Origin: Bdellovibrionota bacterium
Lineage (GTDB): Bacteria; Bdellovibrionota_C; UBA2361; JBGSMV01
Direction: 5' to 3'
Length of the DNA stretch: 64,000 nt
NCBI GenBank assembly: GCA_044356455.1
Contig: JBIKWF010000004.1
Location: 31,648 to 95,647, forward strand
Positions within the stretch are counted from its first letter, which is position 1; the number at the start of each line of letters is the position of its first letter. The notes under the pieces were generated by a model. The model did no database searches. It saw only the letters and a program-made list of their open reading frames with translations, and had not been told where the DNA came from. The position numbers and the translations under genes were made by a program. This document shows positions 1-10,243 of this stretch, piece after piece.

Positions 1-53
1 TTAGACTAAGGACATGGAGGTCAATACGCGGGCAGCCTGGAAATAGTAGAGAC

Positions 54-1418
54 TTGGCATCGAGATTTCCTCTTGTTGCTAAGTTGTATGAGCTTCCTCA
101 CGCACTTTATCAAGATTCAAGTTCCTCTTACCGCTCAGCGCTTCCAGATTATTCAGAGGTTTCCTCTGCAAGGGAGCGAGACGGTAAGGACACGCTCTCG
201 CCGTATCATCCAGTCTGGAGCCCAATTCTCACCGAAACTACTCCCACGTTCCCAGTAAGGCGGTTTCAAGTAAAAGCAGCCGCGAATACTAAGGAGGCTA
301 CGAAAGATGAAAGCGACCTCGTCAATGCTATTTCAGAGGACGTGAGGTCAGCAGAGAGTCTCTCCCCGGGAGATAGTTTTTGGGTAAGGGATTATCTTCT
401 TGAAACGTTAACTTCTAGCATCGAAGGCTTAACGTATGCGCAGACTAAGAGTGGAGGAAAGGTAAACTTTGAAGAGCAGTGCCGGACCCTTGCTGCAAGA
501 AGGGAACTCGCCTCTCGTATTCTGAGCCCTGAAGATGCGCTGCCTCTTTTTGCGCCGCTTCACGGCTTTAAAGTGAGTGAAGGTGTCTTACGACGGCTCC
601 TTTTTTCAGGTCAGAATGATTCTGCGCGCGCTAGTTTTTATCTTGGAGCTGCAGAGGGTGGGAGGGCGTTCACAGAGCGCGTGAGCACTCTTTACGATAT
701 TCTTTCAAATGCACAGGAGCATTGGGAGAAGCGTCTAAAGAATATCCCTGAAAAGGATAGTATTCAGCCCCTCATTGAAAGAGCGTTTAAGCTTTCAAGG
801 CTTGAAGCGATTTATCGACGCCTTAGCTCCGGGGAATCTCAAGGTGGCTCAAGGGATATTAGTTTTTATCTTTGCCGTGGGTTCGAGCGTGGATATGCTG
901 GTTACCTAGCAGATACTTGCGCCACGGGAGCGAGAGGGCTTCCCTCTTCTTTGGCTACGCTTTGCTTTGCGGACGAAGAGGCGGCGCTAAGGGATCCGCT
1001 GCTTCAGGGGTGCTCAATGGTCTTTCACGCGGAAGACGAGTTCGGGCGGCCAGCCGTAATACTTAGAGGTTTTAACCCAACAAGCAGAGCGGCATCTAGT
1101 TTAGATGCAGCGGACCTTTTTGAGAAAGCAGTTCAATATTTGGAATCTCTTCGTGAGCGTCTGTCTTTTGAGAGTATTTTGGTCCCTGATGAGGATAAAG
1201 CGGGGAGGTCTCTAAGTAATAGGCTTCCAGTAGTTAATCACGTTGTTGCTACTTACGGGAAAGGTCCGCGTCTCGCTCTGAAAACACCGGAGGCAACTCT
1301 TATTCCTCATCGGTATCGAGGGCGTAACTCACCTCTGCCTATGAGGCCACCTGAGCCACTTGCGTACAATGGGCACGAGATAACGACGCCTTGTCTTGTC
1401 ATTCGGACCTACACCTAA
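54..1418 (+). CDS. Hypothetical protein (454 aa) with helical middle and alpha/beta C-terminal domain
   Basis: Long ORF with protein-like composition; C-terminal motifs GYLADTC, VILRGFNP, SLSNR. TTG start is uncertain. Confidence 0.65.
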   Translation: MASRFPLVAKLYELPHALYQDSSSSYRSALPDYSEVSSARERDGKDTLSPYHPVWSPILTETTPTFPVRRFQVKAAANTKEATKDESDLVNAISEDVRSAESLSPGDSFWVRDYLLETLTSSIEGLTYAQTKSGGKVNFEEQCRTLAARRELASRILSPEDALPLFAPLHGFKVSEGVLRRLLFSGQNDSARASFYLGAAEGGRAFTERVSTLYDILSNAQEHWEKRLKNIPEKDSIQPLIERAFKLSRLEAIYRRLSSGESQGGSRDISFYLCRGFERGYAGYLADTCATGARGLPSSLATLCFADEEAALRDPLLQGCSMVFHAEDEFGRPAVILRGFNPTSRAASSLDAADLFEKAVQYLESLRERLSFESILVPDEDKAGRSLSNRLPVVNHVVATYGKGPRLALKTPEATLIPHRYRGRNSPLPMRPPEPLAYNGHEITTPCLVIRTYT

Positions 1419-1527
1419 AACGAGTAGCCTGTTACAGTCCGGCTCTTGCCAGACTCATCAGTTAAGGTTCTAGAATCAAAGTGAAATAGCAGGAGCCATT
1501 CTTAGGCATCGCAGCCCTGTGAGCGTG

Positions 1528-2871
1528 CTAATTCCTTCCATCAAGAGAATGGAGCACGTTCTTATCGAGATACGCCCCCAAGTGTCTTAGTAGTGACAAC
1601 CCTAGATCGTTCACTCCTGAGAATGGTGCTTGAGAAAGGATGTGGAAACGATCGCACGCGTTCCAAAGTATTTCTGTGGCATCCTCATCCTTCATTGAGG
1701 CTGCAAGCCCCGAGGAGTAAATGGCCGCAGCATCACTTCTCTGGGATCGTTTGTGCCTACGCATTAGTTTCCCGAGTGTCTCTGACTCGGGCGATTTCGA
1801 ATGCGCATCAAGAATCAGAAGTCTGCCGAGCAGTGCCCGCGCAAGGTCTGCGGCCGAGAGGGGAGCTCCTGAGAGAGACTTGAGTATTTTTTGGTCCCAA
1901 GCTGTTGGGATATCCAAAGAACCGAATCCAGGAGGAAGGTGCTTCTGGATCTCTAGAGAGTTCGGATTAAAGAGAGAAAGCGAACCGGCAGCGACTTGCC
2001 TTCTTATCGCGCGATGGGCTGGAGCCTGGAGAACGACAAATAGGGTATCTTTTCCAGAGCCTGTAAGGTGCCTTTTAATCTCTTCTACAAGTACCTGCTC
2101 TCTCGCTTTGAGTAGCTCGGTATCCGCCGAGAGGGCAGTGCGGGTGGCGCTAAGTACCATTTCTGGTCTTACCGTGTCGACTGAAGCGGCAAGGAGTTCG
2201 GCTATTCGTTCATTGCATGAGGCCGAGCTTTTTCGAAGCGCTTCTACGCCTGGACTGTTAGTTTCAGACAATACAGCGAACGAGTAAGGGACTTTCAAGG
2301 CAGATACGAGCTGAGAGATGGCATCGGCAGACTGGGCGTGCTGAGGGTTTAGCCCCATTCCTCTACGACGGGTATTTATATAATCCGTAATATTCCAGAA
2401 GGCCTTCAATGCACGAGGAAGTAGGTTCTTACGAACGCTTCGTGCAAGCTCATGTTCTATTTGACCCTTGTCAGTCTCCGTAGCAGCAGATGATTCTACA
2501 AGAACGCGAACTTTCGAGAAAGCTGAGCCCTTGAGCTGCTCAAGTAACCCATTCACCTTAAAGGTGGTCTGAGCCTTTAGGCCGTTAAGGTTAAGGAAAA
2601 CAAGATTCTCAAAACTTCCGTGAAGGACGGGGGCTCGCTCACTAACCGGCGAAGTAGCATCTTTGGTGCTCGCTGCTTTTCGAAGAGTCTCTATCATTCT
2701 GGCAATTTGGGGGGCACGCGGAACCCCCACATGAAGCGGAGCTTGCAATCCGTAGCCACCACCACAAGCGTCGCCATGCATCATTCGCGATGCGAGCTCG
2801 GGGTGCAGCATCGTTGGAAGGTGTGTGATGGGGCCCCTAGCGGAATAAGAACTGTCATAAGGAGAGAACAT
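1528..2871 (-). CDS. Hypothetical protein (447 aa)
   Basis: Long ATG-started ORF, convergent with 54..1418; no recognisable motif. Confidence 0.65.
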   Translation of the reverse strand: MFSPYDSSYSARGPITHLPTMLHPELASRMMHGDACGGGYGLQAPLHVGVPRAPQIARMIETLRKAASTKDATSPVSERAPVLHGSFENLVFLNLNGLKAQTTFKVNGLLEQLKGSAFSKVRVLVESSAATETDKGQIEHELARSVRKNLLPRALKAFWNITDYINTRRRGMGLNPQHAQSADAISQLVSALKVPYSFAVLSETNSPGVEALRKSSASCNERIAELLAASVDTVRPEMVLSATRTALSADTELLKAREQVLVEEIKRHLTGSGKDTLFVVLQAPAHRAIRRQVAAGSLSLFNPNSLEIQKHLPPGFGSLDIPTAWDQKILKSLSGAPLSAADLARALLGRLLILDAHSKSPESETLGKLMRRHKRSQRSDAAAIYSSGLAASMKDEDATEILWNACDRFHILSQAPFSGVNDLGLSLLRHLGAYLDKNVLHSLDGRN

Positions 2872-3332
2872 AGCAGCGCCTCAGAGAAAACTCTTTGGCT
2901 GATAGTGCCTGAAGGGCGGAGTGCGCTCTATTTAAGGATTCAGAGTAGGAAGCAAGAGGATGATTTATCGAACGAGAGCGCTTAAGCTGCCCTGGTCTTC
3001 TAGAAATGGAGCAGCTCGTAAATGAATAGGCGAAGAGTGCAGAGCTCATTTTTTTCTCGGTCCGGGCGTAACCGCGAATTGGATGGGGTTGGCAACTTAA
3101 GCCCTATTCAGTTACATGAGGCACTCTCAAGACTATCTAGGATAAGATGCGATTAAGAGCAGACTCTTCGTGCAATAATTTCTAGATTGCGTTTGAAGAA
3201 ACTAGACATGGAAACCGTTTTTGAAATGCCTCCTAGAGAACGAGCTTCGGAGCGTCGCGAGGCAATTGAGCGCAGGGGAAGTCTGCTTGGAAACTCACTA
3301 CCTAAGATCATGAGATATAGAATTGCCAGCCT

Positions 3333-3689
3333 GTGCCTGGTCGTGGAATTAATGAGTGTCGCAGGATGAGTGGTGTGACCAGAGAGATTCCAAAGAAGAT
3401 ATTTCGTGAACTCATCGAATCCGGCACGGTGCCTCCTCGCAAGCGTGAAGGCTTTACTGAAAAGCCGATTCCCGTTTCTTTAGCGCGAAAAATTATAGAA
3501 GAAGCGCTAGGCATGCCAGAATCTCGGGCGGGAAATAGATTTGGAGGGACTGGAAAGCAACTTGAGCTCCTGGCGGATGGTAGGATTGCCTTCCATCAGT
3601 CATTTGAAGAGAGCCTCGGAAAAATGAGCGAGCACACGGACTTCTTTGCCAATTTGCGCGTGGCGATAGACGCTTATTTGGCTCAGTGA
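3333..3689 (+). CDS. Small hypothetical protein (start possibly MSGVTRE at 3366)
   Basis: 118-codon ORF with globular-looking composition; no motif. Confidence 0.4.
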   Translation: MPGRGINECRRMSGVTREIPKKIFRELIESGTVPPRKREGFTEKPIPVSLARKIIEEALGMPESRAGNRFGGTGKQLELLADGRIAFHQSFEESLGKMSEHTDFFANLRVAIDAYLAQ

Positions 3690-3794
3690 GAGAAAGATTT
3701 TCCTGAGCTGCCTGTGCGTGTTCGATTCGACTGGAATTCATGAAGTGAAATCGAAGGTCGGCGCCACTCCGCTATATGAAGCATTATTCCTCAA

Positions 3795-4345
3795 ATGAAA
3801 TACCAGCTTAGAAGTGCCTCCCCGAGTGACTTAGACCTTCTTATGAGGATTGGGCATGAAGGCATTCGGCCTTACGTTGAAAGTCTCTTCGGGTGGGACT
3901 CGGTGGAGCAAGAGAGGCGCTTTCGCGAAGATTTCCATCCGGAGCAAATTTCAGTCATTCAATTCGAGGGCGAAGACGTTGGTTATCTCAAGGTAGAAGA
4001 TAAAGGCGGTCACATTTTCCTTGCAGGAATATACCTTTTAAAGCGTGTGAGGTCGATTGGGCTAGGAGTGTGTCCCGTAGAAACATAAATCTGCATTTTG
4101 GACACAATCCGTAGGTAGGCTGTCCCGTTGCCACCACAACATGTAGTGGCAGGAATTTTCTACGGGACAGACTCCTAGGTAGTTCAGTCATGACAGATCT
4201 TATATCGGCTGCCCACAATTCTGGAAAATCGATACGCTTGCAAGTCTTGCGAACGAATCCGGCCCAGAGTCTATATCAGAGACTTGGCTTTAAGATTGTC
4301 GGAGACTCAGAGACGCATATCTTTATGGAATCATCCGGCACTTAG
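3795..4345 (+). pseudogene. GNAT N-acetyltransferase interrupted by a family A MITE
   Basis: ORF 3795..4088 stops inside the MITE. Removing 4066..4178 restores the frame: ...RVRSIGLGSSVMTDLISAAHNSGKSIRLQVLRTNPAQSLYQRLGFKIVGDSETHIFMESSGT*, a complete 145-aa GNAT with the RxxGxG motif and N-PA-LY-RLGF motif. Confidence 0.9.
4066..4174. mobile_element. MITE family A (109 bp) with CTAG target duplication
   Basis: Terminal inverted repeats GAGTGTGTCCCGTAGAAA / TTTCTACGGGACAGACTC (17/18 match); CTAG at 4062-4065 and 4175-4178; second copy at 44541. Confidence 0.9.
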
Positions 4346-4408
4346 GTTTTCTGGTTCCCGTGAGATATGGCGGGGAGTACTATCCAAACAGGAGAGCTAT
4401 AGAGAGGT

Positions 4409-4843
4409 ATGATTGTTCGACGTGCAGTACCTGAAGATGCGAAAGCGATATTTGACATTGGGATCAACTCTCAAGCATTTCAAGTAAGCGACGAGGTTCC
4501 CTTTTACGAATTTGACGAGGTTGTGGCATGGCTTCACAGTCCCATGGACAACCTATTTATTGTAGCGGAACAGGGCGAGTCGTTGACGGGATTTCTGTTC
4601 TGCAAAGTGATGTCAATTCATTGGGCATTGCTCGATAATTTCTTTGTAGTTCCGTCAGCTCGAGGCATGGGGACGGGAACCGCCTTACTGGGCTCATTGA
4701 AGCAAATACTGATGGAGCGAGAGATAAAATATCTTTCAGCACTGTTTCGCGAGCAGGATGGAGATACTCTCTCGTTTTTCCAGCAAAGTGGGTTCCGGCG
4801 TCAGCAGAAATACTTGTGGATGGATGTTTTCTTGGAGACCTAG
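4409..4843 (+). CDS. GNAT N-acetyltransferase
   Basis: IVRRAVPEDA start; FVVPSARGMGTGTALL acetyl-CoA motif; FFQQSGF; GAGG RBS. Confidence 0.9.
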   Translation: MIVRRAVPEDAKAIFDIGINSQAFQVSDEVPFYEFDEVVAWLHSPMDNLFIVAEQGESLTGFLFCKVMSIHWALLDNFFVVPSARGMGTGTALLGSLKQILMEREIKYLSALFREQDGDTLSFFQQSGFRRQQKYLWMDVFLET

Positions 4844-4986
4844 GGAGTCCTAGTTGGGACACCCAATTTTCGTTCCAGCTTGCCCCGGGCGGGCTGGAAC
4901 TTTACTTGCTAACCACTTGAAAGGATGGGCCTTAGAATTGCAGGCTTATGCCTGGTTGGGGAATCATTGGGTGTCCCAGAGAGTCC
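4844..4986 (+). repeat. Repeat family B, copy 1 (~140 bp)
   Basis: GGAGTCCTAGTTGGGACACCCA...CCACTTGAAAGGATGGGCCTT...GCTTATGCCTGG...TCATTGGGTGTCCCAGAGAG; starts right after the TAG of the GNAT gene; internal inverted repeat TGGGACACCCA/TGGGTGTCCCA. Confidence 0.85.
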
Positions 4987-5675
4987 TTTGATATTTCGGC
5001 AGCGTAAAGAATACTCATCCCTGCACTATCTTTAGGCACTCCATGAGCTATTCCCGCTTCAACATAGCTCCATCCAGATCTGTTTTGTTCTCGAATGGGC
5101 CACTAAAAGGCGCGAAATACTGGGTAGATGCCATGCGAGGATGAATGGCCACGGATGGTTACGTCGCGCGAGGTCTCAGAGAGAAGAAGGGGAGAAGGGG
5201 AAGTAGTCGTCAATTATGATTAGATGGACATCACAGACATTCAAGAAAGTATGCTGGTCTTGCTAGACCCCCGAGGTTCTTTGATGTGCGTTCGTCTTTG
5301 CGTAGCAAGTCAAAAAAAGTGGGTGGCACTAAAGCAGCAGCTCTCGATCACAAGCCAGCAAGAATACAGCCCTCAAACTACCTAAGCTTCATGCTCGCTA
5401 TACCAAATCCACAGGAGCTCGAGCTAACTCGCCGATATTATTAGCCTTCTCATCCGCGACCCTTCCGATACCGCTGCAACTGCTCAAGCTAATTGGCTGA
5501 TAAGCTTAGCAAAAAACATCTCTATGCTAGGCACTCCCGCCCTTTCGGGCAGCATAACAACGGAGTGAAATTTATGGATCCGTTACTCTAAGCAAACTTA
5601 CCCATTTATTTCGATTGCAGTGAATATTTCCAGGCTAGGCGCGGATATCGCGGCTACCTGACGAGAACAGGTGTC

Positions 5676-8600
5676 ATGCCGGACGATAGAGGGCAAGGAG
5701 GTACTCAGGTTCGTCCCATAAATGGGGAGGAAGCCATAGGTGTACCGTCAGCGCCGAGTCCTGATGCTGTTCAACTTGCTCCGGACGCGCCACTTGCAGC
5801 CAATGAACTTTTCAAAGCTTTGGCGCTGCCGATTACTGAAAAATCACTTGATTGCGCGGCCGCCATTTTAAAGGCATGCGCTGATCCGGCAGAGGTTCTT
5901 GCAATTCCCGAGGTTCAGGCCAGATATCTTTTGGCGCTGAGCGCCTCGCTGAAATTGTGCGCCACGAGCGAAGAGGGCATGGATCGTCTTGAAGCGTTTG
6001 CCAAGGCTGGGCAAAGAAGAATTGTAAGCCTTGGAGGTGAGTTTGACGCGGCAAGAAAGGATGCATATCTCGAAGCAGTAAAGACTGGTCACCTAGAATT
6101 GGTTCTACGGGTTGAGCAAACCATACTTGGTGACCTTCAGGCAGACCCTACCGCTCTTCAGGCCGCCGTTAGAATCTGTTGCCTCAATGCTCTTCGTATG
6201 GACGAGATGCAGAGTGAGGGTAGTCCTGTAGGCACATTCCTCCGTCTCTTCTCTTTTAGTCATGGCTTTGATGCTGAGACGATCCGTCATGACGCTTCGA
6301 TACTCCACGAAGTGGAGGAACAGCATCGTGCCGCAATTGTTGGCGGGTTTCCAAACAAGCTCAGAAAATTATCGGAGGCCTCCAATTCTGAAGATCCGCC
6401 AGAGAAAGCTTCACAATTTCAAAATGAACGGATAAAAGGCCTCGAAACCGCACTCACGAGAGGGGATGCCAGGAACGTTGAATTCATCCTTGACTGGTGG
6501 AATCTACCCCCTGACATTATCGACCGGACTCCGACGCTTGAGGCGGCACTTGCGGGACTAGAGCGCAGAGAGACACCATCACGATTCCAGCCGGCAACAA
6601 AACTATTGGCGCTCTTTCCGAGGCTCGTCACAAATACCGATCCCGCGTTTGAAGAGAAAGCAACACCCGTGATTGCAGAGGCGCTCGCTCGAACACTTGC
6701 TGCCAGTCCAGGTCGTGAAACGCTTGAGGCAGTGATTAGGCTCGGGCTTCCCGACAGAATTCTTGGCCAAACTGATCTTGCCCATGCGGTTCATAATTAT
6801 GTACTTCGACCCCTTCTCTTAGCGGGTGAGTTAGACGAGAGTCGCCAAATTTGTAAAGATTTTAGAATCCCCGAAACGCAACTCAAAGATCTTCTCACGC
6901 CGGATGAGAAGCTTTCCGCTCTTGTGGCAAGCTTAAAATCTAAACCTTTGAGCGAATTTCAAGACCTCGTAAAGATTTTCGAGATTGATCAAAAGCAGAT
7001 ACAGGAACCGCACCTTCTTGAAGTAGCGAAAGTACGTCTTACCAAGCAGTTCGCTCAAAACGCGGCTCTTGCATATCGATGGTTAGAGATCTTTCCTGTA
7101 TTGCGGTCGGCACTGACCGAAATCGGATTGGCATCTTATAGTGAAGCGCTTCTTGCGGGTAATTTCACCGCCGCAGAGGATGTTCGTCAAAGGCTTTTCG
7201 GTTCAGACTTTAGTGCGAAAGATGCTCGGATGCCCGAGCTGCCAAGAGCGTTGGCGCATACGCACGATCTTGAGACCTTGCAAAACCTTGCCGGGTTTGT
7301 TCTTAGCAATCAGACCTATGTATCCTATTTAGGTACCAGTAAGACACTTCCACTGCTCAAGAAGGACGAGTTCGCACGAGTAGGAAGGCTTGGAGTTGCA
7401 CCAGAGCATGTTGAGCCGTATCTGGCAGCCGGAAATTCGCTTGGTGATCTTAACAATGATGAAACGGCTAGACGGCTTGTCGATTATTTGATCCGTCATG
7501 ATTCGCGCTGGAGTTCGGCGATGCTGCGGTCAGCCTTTGAGCATGGAGCAGGCTATTTTGGCGCAGCCGCAATGCTGCGATTCGCTTCACATCCGGATTA
7601 TGCGCCGGACTATTGTCTGCAGAATATCCCGCAGATTGTTCGATTCGCGCAGGACTCCGGCGTCCCTGCATCTCGCTTTGCAGAGCAGATTCTGACACGC
7701 GTTCGACGTGATGGCGGCGAATACAGCGAAGGATCCTCCTACGAACTGCTTCGATCCATTGCCACGGCACTCACCGGTAAGTTTGAACTCGTAATTCAGA
7801 GTTTGTCTGGTGTCTCGGAACACTCACCACTGGCCGCAATGCGCGGAAGGTTTGAGACTAAAGCAGATTGCGTTGCTTCTTGGGACAGTCTCAAGCAACT
7901 CGTGGCAATTATTCCCATCCTTGAGCAGCCCATACTCCTGGCAAAACTCGCGCAATATAAAACAAACGGAAGGGAGTTAGAGGCAAATTATTTGCAAGCG
8001 ATTGCCTTAAGAGCCGACTCGCGAGTGAATCCACAAGATGCATTTCGATTCATTGAATCCCCCGAAACATTCTTCGCACAAGATGACTACGGGACTACGG
8101 GGCCCAGCCAGCTGATGAAGATTCCCTACCTACCGATTAGCGGAGACTCGCTTCGCGACGCCATTGTGAGAGGGGGTCTTGATCGCATAATGGCCTTTCC
8201 ACCCTGTTCCGCAGAGTGTGAAGTTCTTGTGCGTGGGGATAAGGTGTATCTCGGTATACGTGAATTGCTTTCCGATGCTCTCGGATCTCAGAGAAATAGA
8301 ATTCCAGGGCTTGCCAAGAATAGTAAGCAGCTCTTTGCCGCAACCCAAGCGCTCTTGAAGGATTCTGGAGTAACCGTTCCGGAGTATCTTAGCGGCAAAA
8401 AGGTTTCATCCGAGCTCGACATGAAGATTCGCGCTTTAGCCATCGATGGCACCTTTGGAATGAAGGTAGAGAAACTTAAACTTGTCGCTGCGGTTCATCG
8501 AAAAAGTGCCCCCGAAGCCGCCACTGCTGGCAACGAGACTCAGTGCTGTATGCCGTTTGGTGCATCAAATCAAAACGACTATATGCTCCAGCCAAATGTG

Positions 8601-9638
8601 GCGCATTTTACCGTTCAAACTCACGGTGACAATCGACGGCGAACTCTGGCGCAATCGGTATTGACGAAAGACTGTGACGTAAAAGCGAGGACGTCGTCGC
8701 GTTCGGTACCCGACTATTATCGTGATATACCGGAAGGTGAGCGGCTTGAACGCACAATTTCTGCTGATAATGTGGAAGTAAATCGCAACGCACGTGATCC
8801 TCGAAGCGTCGCAACACTCGTCGGCGTTTACACAGCGTTCTTTCAAGCCTATAACGAGCGCTTCTCGGCAGTAACAAAAGTCAACACTGAATTCGTAGCG
8901 GTAGGAAAGCAGTACTCAGACGCTCTTACTGCGCTTCAAGATGTTCCTAATACTTTTCAACCCCAGAACCGTCTTCTGTATTCCGATAAAATTGGGGGAA
9001 CGGTGGGAAAGCTTGACCTCAAAGTCGATACGTCGGCAATTCTGATAACACTTCAGCCGCATGATCTTCCTGAGCCTCGATCGGTTATAGAGCTGCCGAG
9101 AGCTGGATTGCGCTCACTTACCTACCACGACCTTCCCGAAGTAGTGCGTGTAGAAAGTATTAATTCAGAAAGTGGTCGCGCCGAGCACGAAATCGCGGCG
9201 AAATTTCAAATTCTGCTGCACGGTAAAGATTTACTGAACGCCGTGGAAAACCGCGCGAATTTATCATTGGGTTTTGGTTCGAAGCATGCTCTGACTGGCT
9301 ACCTTCTCGCGTTTGAAGGGGAAGTTCCGGCGGTGAAGGAGCCTGTGATAGTGATAAACAATGTCGCAACGCTGCGGGGCGCTTCGTTTGCTTTCGGATC
9401 TATCGTGCACGGCTTTGGAGCGCTCTATCAAGCCGAGTATGTGTCCAGCGGTAAGCTCTACCCAGTCATGATGGAAGTTAGAGGAGAGTCCGAGCGAGCG
9501 CGATTTATAAAGACAGCCGAACGTCTGGCACAACGACTTAATCTTTCCTGTGAAGTTGTCGACCTTGATGCAGCTGAAGAGCAATCTGTACGCCATAGAA
9601 TACTAGTTCGATTGGCATCGCGCCGGGTCCTGAAGTGA
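5676..9638 (+). CDS. Large hypothetical protein (1320 aa): helical N-terminal region, central GNETQCCMPFG domain, GNAT-like C-terminus
   Basis: Very long ORF with ATG start; the C-terminal LRSLTYHDLPEVVRVE...LTGYLLAF...VINNVA pattern resembles a GNAT fold (inference). Confidence 0.8.
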   Translation: MPDDRGQGGTQVRPINGEEAIGVPSAPSPDAVQLAPDAPLAANELFKALALPITEKSLDCAAAILKACADPAEVLAIPEVQARYLLALSASLKLCATSEEGMDRLEAFAKAGQRRIVSLGGEFDAARKDAYLEAVKTGHLELVLRVEQTILGDLQADPTALQAAVRICCLNALRMDEMQSEGSPVGTFLRLFSFSHGFDAETIRHDASILHEVEEQHRAAIVGGFPNKLRKLSEASNSEDPPEKASQFQNERIKGLETALTRGDARNVEFILDWWNLPPDIIDRTPTLEAALAGLERRETPSRFQPATKLLALFPRLVTNTDPAFEEKATPVIAEALARTLAASPGRETLEAVIRLGLPDRILGQTDLAHAVHNYVLRPLLLAGELDESRQICKDFRIPETQLKDLLTPDEKLSALVASLKSKPLSEFQDLVKIFEIDQKQIQEPHLLEVAKVRLTKQFAQNAALAYRWLEIFPVLRSALTEIGLASYSEALLAGNFTAAEDVRQRLFGSDFSAKDARMPELPRALAHTHDLETLQNLAGFVLSNQTYVSYLGTSKTLPLLKKDEFARVGRLGVAPEHVEPYLAAGNSLGDLNNDETARRLVDYLIRHDSRWSSAMLRSAFEHGAGYFGAAAMLRFASHPDYAPDYCLQNIPQIVRFAQDSGVPASRFAEQILTRVRRDGGEYSEGSSYELLRSIATALTGKFELVIQSLSGVSEHSPLAAMRGRFETKADCVASWDSLKQLVAIIPILEQPILLAKLAQYKTNGRELEANYLQAIALRADSRVNPQDAFRFIESPETFFAQDDYGTTGPSQLMKIPYLPISGDSLRDAIVRGGLDRIMAFPPCSAECEVLVRGDKVYLGIRELLSDALGSQRNRIPGLAKNSKQLFAATQALLKDSGVTVPEYLSGKKVSSELDMKIRALAIDGTFGMKVEKLKLVAAVHRKSAPEAATAGNETQCCMPFGASNQNDYMLQPNVAHFTVQTHGDNRRRTLAQSVLTKDCDVKARTSSRSVPDYYRDIPEGERLERTISADNVEVNRNARDPRSVATLVGVYTAFFQAYNERFSAVTKVNTEFVAVGKQYSDALTALQDVPNTFQPQNRLLYSDKIGGTVGKLDLKVDTSAILITLQPHDLPEPRSVIELPRAGLRSLTYHDLPEVVRVESINSESGRAEHEIAAKFQILLHGKDLLNAVENRANLSLGFGSKHALTGYLLAFEGEVPAVKEPVIVINNVATLRGASFAFGSIVHGFGALYQAEYVSSGKLYPVMMEVRGESERARFIKTAERLAQRLNLSCEVVDLDAAEEQSVRHRILVRLASRRVLK

Positions 9639-9674
9639 CATAGCGAGGAGTCTATCCGTAACAAGGCGCCAAGC

Positions 9675-9807
9675 GGGAGTCCTAGTTGGGACACCCAGTT
9701 TGGCCCGGGCGGGCTCGAACGTTACTTGCTTACCACTTGAAAGGATGGGCCTTGAAATTGCCCGCTTATGCCTGGGAGAAGAATCATTGGTTGCCCCGGA
9801 GAGACCC
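9675..9807 (+). repeat. Repeat family B, copy 2
   Basis: Same left end and CCACTTGAAAGGATGGGCCTT core as 4844; ~36 bp after the stop of 5676..9638. Confidence 0.85.
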
Positions 9808-10243
9808 AGAGAACCCTCTAAGGTGGTTTCGAGAAAAAAGGGCGAAAGAACGCTGCGCCGCGCCGCTACGATTAGAGGATGCTACTCCAATTCCAGGCCT
9901 GAAGATTCCATGCCTACCCGCCGAAAAGGCGTAAAGGGCAGAGCCTCGCGAAGAAGATCGAGTGTGTAAGCTCGAAAGAATCGCCCTTGGACCCCTTCTG
10001 TTGCCAATGTCCAATTCGAACTGAAGTAGGCGGGCAAGTAATTCCAGCGCGTTAGGGGCATGTTGGGAATCTCAGCCTCCCCGCATGGCTACGGAGATTG
10101 GGTGCCCCAAAGGACCTCTCTTACTGGAGCTGCGCCGCGACTTGACCGGGCGTTCCCTAAGCAACCGCTTCTAGAGCACAAATAATGAAATGTGCTAATA
10201 ACACGTACGAAGCATTTTGGTTGTAGAGGCACAAAAAGGGTGA

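Noticed and set aside
4987..5675. Possible gene remnant on the minus strand (..EAGIAHGVPKDSAGMSILY..) running into repeat B1
   Set aside because: Too short to assign to any family with confidence.
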